NCBI GenBank assembly: GCA_040752695.1
Contig: JBFMGO010000142.1
Coordinates: 1 to 12,790, forward strand
Source: a bacterium
GTDB lineage: Bacteria; SZUA-182; DTGQ01
Direction of reading: 5' to 3'
Length of the DNA stretch: 12,790 nucleotides
A model generated the notes under the pieces. It did no database searches. It was not told the origin of the DNA and worked only from the letters and a program-made list of their open reading frames with translations. This document shows positions 6,829 through 12,790 of the stretch, piece by piece. How positions within the stretch are numbered: position 1 is the stretch's first letter; each line of letters begins with the position of its first letter. The translations under genes were made by a program, and so were the position numbers.

Positions 6829-8178
6829 TTATTCTTTTTTCAAAAACCCCAGTACTTTCGCCTTCAAATCTTCGACCTGTCCGAGGATTGCTCCCATGTC
6901 GGCCACAACGGGCAGCCGGTTTTTGACGATCAGTTCTCCATTGATCCAGACGCTGTCAACATCGGCTCCACAGGCAGAGTAAACCAGATGCGAATAGATA
7001 TTGTATAATGGCACCAGGTGGGGCTTGTTAAGATCAATGACTATACAATCCGCTTTCTTTCCAGGCTCCAGGGTGCCGATTTCGGCCTCCAGGCCCACAG
7101 CCCTGGCTCCTCCGACCGTAGCCATCTCAAGAACCGTTTTTGCATCCATGGCGGTGGGGTCTGCGGCAAAAACCTTGTGAAGCTTGGCTGTTACATCCAT
7201 TTCCTGGAAAAGATCCAGATTATTGTTGCTGGCGCAGCCATCCGTGCCAAGTCCCACCGGAATTCCCTTTTGAAGCAGGCGCGGTATAGGAGCGACTCCT
7301 GAAGCCAGTTTCATGTTGCTTTCGGGTGCATGGGCCACCCGGACCCCCAGTTCGCCGAAAGATTCGATATCCTGATCCTTCAGCCAGATGCAATGATCTG
7401 CCAGCACCTGGTGATCCAGCACTCCGAGCGATTTGAGGTGCTGCACCGGATTTTTTCCGTATCGCTCCTGAATTATCTGGACTTCCTGCATGGTTTCAGC
7501 CAGATGAATGATGAAGGAAACGCCATACTTTTCTGCGATTTTTTTGCTCTTTTTCAAAAGTTCGGGGGAGCAGGTATACGGGGAGTGAGGCTCCACAGCC
7601 GGAACAATGAGCGGGTCTCCCTGCCATTGCTGAATCAATTCTTCTGTGTAGTGAAAGCCCGCTTCGGGCGGTCCGTAATTGGGGGAGGGAAAATCATAGA
7701 GCACCTCACCCACTACGGCACGCATTTTCATATCCCGTGCGGCCTGGGCCACGGATTTTTCAAAGAGGTACATATCGCAAAAAGTCGTTGTTCCGGAAAG
7801 AAGCATCTCAAGACAGGCAATTTGCGTCCCGGCGTAGACCAGCTCTTTCGTCAGCTTGCTTTCCGCAGGGAAGATATATCCCTGAAGCCAGTCCATGAGG
7901 GGAAGATCATCGGCCAGCCCCCGAAAGAGGGTCATGGCGGCGTGGGTATGGGCATTGACCAGCCCTGGCATAATCAGGTGCTGAGGGAAGTGAAAGACAC
8001 TTTTGGCCCTGTATTTTTGTTCCAGTTCCTGCGTGCTGTCTGCATCAACGATCCTGTCATTTTGGATGGCTACACCGCCGTATTCGATGGGCTTTGACTG
8101 AGGAGCCATGGTGATGAGCCATCGCCCAAAGATAAGGGAATCTACCTGCCGCGGGCTGGAAGTATCGATCGGCTTCAT
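6829..8178 (-). CDS. mtaD: Amidohydrolase, MTA/SAH/5'-deoxyadenosine deaminase family (paralog 1)
   Basis: PGLVNAHTH, IFPAE, PHSPY, HLAET, HCIW, PESNMKLASG and GTDGCASNN motifs; ATGA overlap with the upstream phosphorylase stop. Confidence 0.88.
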   Translation of the reverse strand: MKPIDTSSPRQVDSLIFGRWLITMAPQSKPIEYGGVAIQNDRIVDADSTQELEQKYRAKSVFHFPQHLIMPGLVNAHTHAAMTLFRGLADDLPLMDWLQGYIFPAESKLTKELVYAGTQIACLEMLLSGTTTFCDMYLFEKSVAQAARDMKMRAVVGEVLYDFPSPNYGPPEAGFHYTEELIQQWQGDPLIVPAVEPHSPYTCSPELLKKSKKIAEKYGVSFIIHLAETMQEVQIIQERYGKNPVQHLKSLGVLDHQVLADHCIWLKDQDIESFGELGVRVAHAPESNMKLASGVAPIPRLLQKGIPVGLGTDGCASNNNLDLFQEMDVTAKLHKVFAADPTAMDAKTVLEMATVGGARAVGLEAEIGTLEPGKKADCIVIDLNKPHLVPLYNIYSHLVYSACGADVDSVWINGELIVKNRLPVVADMGAILGQVEDLKAKVLGFLKKE

Positions 8179-9107
8179 TTTTGGACCTCCTCTTGGCTCT
8201 CTTCCTGTGTCACCTCCCGGATCTTTCCTTGGATCTCTTCCCGGCCCGCCACTTTTCTTTTATGTGCAGAGTCCGAAGGGGAAATTTCCATTCTGGCCAC
8301 GATCTTCTCGATGAGGTATCTGAGGGTGGATTCTGTTTTGGCCGCCACGGAGACAACATCTTCGTAGCTGATTGCCTGAAAGGCGTCAGGCAGATTGAGG
8401 TTACTGATAATCGAAAGACCGAGGATTCGCAACCCCGCATGGATAGCGACAATAACCTCGGGCACAGTGGACATTCCCACCGCATCGGCACCAGCCATGC
8501 GCAGGAAGCGGGTCTCGGCAGGGGTCTCAAGGTTCGGCCCATGGACAGCGATATAGACACCCTTCTGGAGGGATATCCTTTCCTCAAGGGCAATGTGCCC
8601 GGCCATTTTGATGAGCTCTGGATCGTAGGCATCTTTCATGTCCGGGAACCGCAATCCCAGCCAATCGGGATTAGGGCCGATCAAGGGGCTGGTCCCCATG
8701 AGATTGATGTGGTCCACAATGACCATCAGGTCCCCGACATTGAATAAAGGATTGAGCCCACCGGCAGTATTACAGACGATTAGTGTCCGGACACCGAGCT
8801 TTTTCATGGTTCGGACGGGAAACGCGATCTGCTGCGAGTTATATCCTTCGTAGTAGTGAAACCTTTTGGGAAGGACAACGACGGGTTTTTTGGCCAATTT
8901 CCCCAAAACCAGTTTTTCCCTCTCACTCGCTTCATCTGAACAGGGAAACCCGGGTATACGGGAGTAAGGAATAGCGACGGATTCCTCTAACTGATTCAGC
9001 AGTTCTCCCATGCCGGTCCCGAGGATGATACCGATTTTGGGAACAATGCTTGTCTTCTCCTGTATGAAACAGGAGGCTTGCTCAAGTTGCCTTTCTAAAT
9101 CTTCCAT
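8175..9107 (-). CDS. Purine nucleoside phosphorylase, trimeric (PunA/XapA-like) family, atypical active site
   Basis: GIILGTG, RFHYYEG, AGGLN, DHIN, RFPDM, GPNLETPAE and GADAVGMSTVPE motifs; AGGAG RBS. Confidence 0.92.
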   Translation of the reverse strand: MEDLERQLEQASCFIQEKTSIVPKIGIILGTGMGELLNQLEESVAIPYSRIPGFPCSDEASEREKLVLGKLAKKPVVVLPKRFHYYEGYNSQQIAFPVRTMKKLGVRTLIVCNTAGGLNPLFNVGDLMVIVDHINLMGTSPLIGPNPDWLGLRFPDMKDAYDPELIKMAGHIALEERISLQKGVYIAVHGPNLETPAETRFLRMAGADAVGMSTVPEVIVAIHAGLRILGLSIISNLNLPDAFQAISYEDVVSVAAKTESTLRYLIEKIVARMEISPSDSAHKRKVAGREEIQGKIREVTQEESQEEVQK

Positions 9108-9115
9108 AAGCGTAC

Positions 9116-10303
9116 TTATTCTCCTCTTTTTGCCTTTCGAAAGTGATCAAATCCGGATTCCGGGACTGGAATGGCTTGCCCTTGGGCATCAATAAGGCGA
9201 ACGCCTTTGATCTTTTCGGTGATCTCGCCTATAATACTGACCCTCGTGCCGGTGGCCTGCTCAATCATCTGCCTGGCCTTTTCAGCCAGATCAGGGGGGG
9301 AGGTGAAGAGCAATTCATAATCCTCCCCTCCGAAGAGTGCATAGGAAAGGACAGGCTTTTGGAGCACCTTTGCAATTTCGATAACAGCCCCTGAAATGGG
9401 AAGTCGCTCAAGCCAAAGGAGGGCACCTGCTTCCCCAGGGCCACATTTTTGAGAGACACGGCTGCCCTGGCGACCAGAGGGACCATAAAGGGCTTGCTGT
9501 TCGTGGCAGCCCTGGTGAACGTGGCGGCAAAGGTGCCTCAAATCCCCTGCCACTCCATCACTGACATCGATCATGGCAGTGGCCAGCCGGTGCTGGCTGA
9601 TTATCCGGGACTCGGCCAGGCGAACAACAGGAACCCGATGCCGCTGAAGCGCCTTTTGGTATTGACTGTCGAGAAGATAGTAACTCGCCTGAAGAGAAGG
9701 ACTGTCCTCTTGAAATGAAGGATGCTCTATAGCCTGCAACAGGTCGAGCCCTGCGGCAGAATCTCCAATCTGGCCGGTCAATAAGATCAAGTCACCCGGT
9801 CTGGCACCGTGCCGGGTAATTAACCCCTGCGGACAGACCTCCCCGATCAGAGTGATATTAATCACCAGTCCCCGCTCCTCTACCTGGGGAAAGCTGGCGT
9901 TGGTATCTCCTCCTAAAATCAGGACGGAATATTCTCGAGCAACAGCGGCCAGACCATGCCAGAGCTCGTCGAATTCTTCCAGATAAAAAGAGGCAGGGAG
10001 CGCCACAGATATAAAGGCATACTTTGGCTCGCCCCCCATGGCCGCAATGTCACTGAGATTCACAATCATGGCCTTTTGCCCGATCTCCCGGAGTGAGGAG
10101 TAGTCCCGGCTGAAATGGACATCCTCGATGAGCATATCGGTCGTGACCAGAAGATATTTTCCCCTTGCACCCCGAAGCACTGCACAATCATCTCCGATAC
10201 CTGCCACAACCTGCCTCCCGTCCGCATTTTGAGCAGCCGAAGCGAGTATCGTCTGAAGACGCTGGATGAGCTGAAATTCACCCGGCATTTGAGTTGAAGA
10301 CAT
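9116..10303 (-). CDS. thiL: Thiamine-monophosphate kinase
   Basis: GEF.LI, GIGDDCA, TTDMLIEDVHF, NLSDIAAMG, GGDT, R.GA.PGD, MIDVSDG, GGEDYELLF and terminal GFDHF motifs. Confidence 0.97.
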   Translation of the reverse strand: MSSTQMPGEFQLIQRLQTILASAAQNADGRQVVAGIGDDCAVLRGARGKYLLVTTDMLIEDVHFSRDYSSLREIGQKAMIVNLSDIAAMGGEPKYAFISVALPASFYLEEFDELWHGLAAVAREYSVLILGGDTNASFPQVEERGLVINITLIGEVCPQGLITRHGARPGDLILLTGQIGDSAAGLDLLQAIEHPSFQEDSPSLQASYYLLDSQYQKALQRHRVPVVRLAESRIISQHRLATAMIDVSDGVAGDLRHLCRHVHQGCHEQQALYGPSGRQGSRVSQKCGPGEAGALLWLERLPISGAVIEIAKVLQKPVLSYALFGGEDYELLFTSPPDLAEKARQMIEQATGTRVSIIGEITEKIKGVRLIDAQGQAIPVPESGFDHFRKAKRGE

Positions 10304-10658
10304 TGATATGCCCTTGTTCTCCCACCATGAAAAATAAGGAATAATGAAAAGGAATACTTAACTTGTGAAACCTATGATATAATAGGTTTTAATTATTTTC
10401 AAGGTAAAATTGGTATTAATACCTTTACTCATATCCTTTCGCGCTGACACCACCCTCCTGATGAGTGCACTATGGAAAGAGCTCCCCCGTCCGTTTTTTA
10501 GCCTCTTGTCTCAAAACCGGCGTCCATTTTTGCTACTTTACATTCCCTCCCCTGACAGATAAAAACCCTGCCAAACTCCGCAAGGAGGGGTAAATTATGC
10601 CTGTAGTGCCAGCTCAGGCGGCAGACCGCTCCCTTAGTTCGGCCTACCTCTTGAAAGC

Positions 10659-10674
10659 TGGTATAGTATATGCA
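10659..10674 (+). promoter_or_regulatory. Candidate sigma54 (-24/-12) promoter
   Basis: TGGTATAGTATATGCA: GG-N10-GC spacing, intergenic, oriented toward the secreted-protein genes. Confidence 0.55.
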
Positions 10675-11050
10675 TAATATATAGATGAATTTATTCAGTT
10701 TTTTCGCTTATCCTCAAGACGGTGCAGAGGGTAAAAGTATGCATACTCAATGAGGCGATATGCGATTCTTCGGGCGGGGGATAACCTTTGATTTTCTCCC
10801 CCAGCACAAAGTGCCCCGCCCTTAATAAAGCAGTACTGTCAGTATCGTTACTGCTTATAGCTCCCGCTCGACACAATCTATGGCATAGAAAATTTGATAC
10901 GACCTGAGGCCGGATGCCTGCAATTTTCAAAGGCGCTTTTGCGGATGGGAGTACATTTTGGCCCGGAAACGTGTTGAACCGCACTTAATCAGTAACTTAC
11001 TACTATCATCAAAATTAACCCATATACCAATAAATAGAAGGAGTGGTTCC

Positions 11051-11500
11051 ATGAGCCGTATCAAGAAAATTTATTTTATTATTCTCTTATCCGTTTTCAT
11101 CGTAGCTATTGCTTCTCAAAAGGGTAGATGCCAATATTTGGGAGTGCCATACCCTCCATTCATACCATGGAGCATGGTGCCGCCAGTTCAACTTCTTCCA
11201 GCCCCGGCTTTACCGATCCCTTATACAAGGGCACCTCAAGCTACGATTATTATCTCCCCGGGAGTTACCGCGGTGAGCACAGCACCTGGTGTTGTCGTTA
11301 TCGGAGCCCCGACTGTGGTTACTCCGGCCGCAGCGCCAACGGTTGTTTCAACGGTACCGACAGCAACAGCTACGGCAGCAGCACCTGCCCCTCTGCTTGG
11401 TATTCTGGTTACTCTCTACAGCAGTGCGATCTATTCACCGACTCCTCTTTCCATAGCTAATCCACTACTCTTTGCCTATCTTTCAACATTACTTCTTTAG
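11051..11500 (+). CDS. Secreted Pro/Ala/Thr/Val-rich hypothetical protein (149 aa)
   Basis: AAGGAG RBS before ATG 11051 (better than the track's 10958 start); Sec-type signal peptide; low-complexity core; hydrophobic C-terminus; no Asp or Glu. Confidence 0.8.
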   Translation: MSRIKKIYFIILLSVFIVAIASQKGRCQYLGVPYPPFIPWSMVPPVQLLPAPALPIPYTRAPQATIIISPGVTAVSTAPGVVVIGAPTVVTPAAAPTVVSTVPTATATAAAPAPLLGILVTLYSSAIYSPTPLSIANPLLFAYLSTLLL

Positions 11501-11512
11501 TTCGAAAACTAT

Positions 11513-11557
11513 CTTGCCGAAGGCGATGACAATAATTCTCGCCTTCGGCGAGTTTTC
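11513..11557 (+). terminator. Intergenic stem-loop (terminator or mRNA-stabilising hairpin)
   Basis: Perfect 11-bp stem GCCGAAGGCGA/TCGCCTTCGGC (11516-11526/11539-11549), extendable by 3 bp, followed by TTTTC. Confidence 0.7.
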
Positions 11558-11615
11558 ATACACAGACATCTTTTTTAGATTTCAACAACCTACTTGAGTG
11601 AGGAGAAAAACATCC

Positions 11616-12245
11616 ATGAAAAGATGGACCTTAGGTATTATCATCTTAATCGTCGTTCTGCTCGTATCATTCAATTCCGGGACAGCCCAAATGAGCTTAT
11701 TTTCAACGGTCCTTTGGCCACAAAGAATATCGTCTTTTCTGTCACCCCTCCTGCCGGTGCCCATACGATCCGGATTTGCAGGCAGTTCATTTCCCTTTTA
11801 TACTCCTGTGCCTTTTCCTCCTTTACCCCTGGCCATGCCTTCCCTGCAACCTTCTCCTTTGGCACCAGTGCTTGCTCCGGTAAGTCTCCCCCGTCCCATG
11901 ATAAGAAATGCTGCGGCAACGATTACCATCATCTTCAACCCGGCCTTGTCGGTAGTAAATGTCAGCGCGCTCCCGATTACTGCACTTGCGCCGGCCACCG
12001 CGGTTCCAACCACAACTTTGCCGACGACGACAGCGCCAACCATAGCACCTACGGCACTTGTGGCTCTTTTGCCGGCACTTTTAACGTCCATCGCCCCAGC
12101 CGGACCCCCTTACAACCAAACTCAGACCCTGGTTGCTCCTGCCGCACCTGCTCCTGTTGTTCCCGCAGCACCTGCCGCTGCTGCAGCCAAGGCACCTACC
12201 GCTACAGTCCTTCCCGGCCTTACTGGATTGCTGCCGCTTATTTAA
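11616..12245 (+). CDS. Secreted Pro/Ala/Thr/Leu-rich hypothetical protein (209 aa)
   Basis: GAGGAG RBS before ATG 11616; signal peptide MKRWTLGIIILIVVLLVSFNSGTA|Q; no Asp or Glu; shares the R-x-[AP]-[AQ]-ATI motif with the upstream ORF. Confidence 0.82.
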   Translation: MKRWTLGIIILIVVLLVSFNSGTAQMSLFSTVLWPQRISSFLSPLLPVPIRSGFAGSSFPFYTPVPFPPLPLAMPSLQPSPLAPVLAPVSLPRPMIRNAAATITIIFNPALSVVNVSALPITALAPATAVPTTTLPTTTAPTIAPTALVALLPALLTSIAPAGPPYNQTQTLVAPAAPAPVVPAAPAAAAAKAPTATVLPGLTGLLPLI

Positions 12246-12513
12246 GAAGGGAGGAGTGAGCCACGTCCTGATGAAGTATATCAGGACTCTTTTGACATGT
12301 GAGGAGCAGACAGAGGGAATTGTTTTTCATAATTATTGAATTGAATGCTTTTTATTAAACAATGAGTTCCAATGCATACATATCCTCTTGTGAATTTTTT
12401 TTCATAGAATACGGTAATTTTAAGAAAAAATCAATTTATTTTTAATTATGGAAAAATTGATAATACATTGGAATCAAAATGATTTTAATATAAAAATATC
12501 TGAATCAACATTA

Positions 12514-12529
12514 TGGCATGATTGATGCA
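12514..12529 (+). promoter_or_regulatory. Candidate sigma54 (-24/-12) promoter
   Basis: TGGCATGATTGATGCA: GG-N10-GC in a very AT-rich intergenic region about 100 bp upstream of the next start codon. Confidence 0.7.
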
Positions 12530-12625
12530 TAATTATAAAAATAAATATTTTATATAATGAATTTATGCTAAAAATGGTACGATATTTTTAGCGTATACTA
12601 ACTTATTTAGCAGGATGCACCAGCA

Positions 12626-12790
12626 ATGACCGGCTCAAGAAACAAGATAGTGCTATTCCTCTTTATCTTCTTTTTTCTCTTAGCCTTCGATCCTGCAGCG
12701 TATGTGCAGTGTACTAATATCGTGCCCGATCAGATCATGGACATCTTAAGTGTTGCCAAGTTCGAAGATGCTCTCATGAGGGGGGGCAAA
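12626..12790 (+). CDS. 5' part of an exported hypothetical protein (runs off the window)
   Basis: Open for 55 codons to the window edge: MTGSRNKIVLFLFIFFFLLAFDPAAYVQCTNIVPDQIMDILSVAKFEDALMRGGK; signal-peptide-like N-terminus; AGGA upstream. Confidence 0.65.
   Translation, partial: MTGSRNKIVLFLFIFFFLLAFDPAAYVQCTNIVPDQIMDILSVAKFEDALMRGGK

Noticed and set aside
7330..8097. 255-aa plus-strand ORF and other antisense ORFs across 5464-10303
   Set aside because: Antisense shadows of well-supported minus-strand genes, with no recognisable motifs.
10458..10480. CTGATGAG...GAAA hammerhead-like core
   Set aside because: No stem II closing pair before GAAA and no convincing stems I and III.
10304..10650. 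TPP riboswitch upstream of thiL
   Set aside because: No CTGAGA/ACCTG-type TPP core found on the minus strand.
11594..12259. Cys-rich alternative-frame ORFs (also 11128-11460) resembling RiPP or metal-binding proteins
   Set aside because: Frame-shifted readings of Pro/Ala codons; the other frame has the RBS and signal peptide.

Overview
Bacterial DNA in four blocks. (1) 1-1340: AT-rich regulatory region with a small minus-strand secreted-type ORF, a 4x18-bp tandem repeat and a candidate sigma54 promoter with an IHF site and palindromic enhancer-like boxes. (2) 1345-5390: a nested, decayed stack of mobile elements. It holds a degenerate REP-like hairpin, the 5' part (DI-DIII) of a IIC-like group II intron whose EBS1 pairs with the REP end, a RIT (recombinase-in-trio) element (ritA intact, ritB broken, ritC cut to a stub) inserted in the Walker A codons of an IS21 istB, a long structured element plus the IS21 right end, and an IS630 transposase fragment. 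(3) 5464-10303: a minus-strand operon of thiL, an atypical trimeric-type purine nucleoside phosphorylase and two tandem MtaD/DadD-like deaminases. (4) 10300-12790: candidate sigma54 promoters and two related secreted Pro/Ala/Thr-rich proteins with no acidic residues, then the start of a third exported protein. All calls come from manual motif reading; no searches or folding programs were run.
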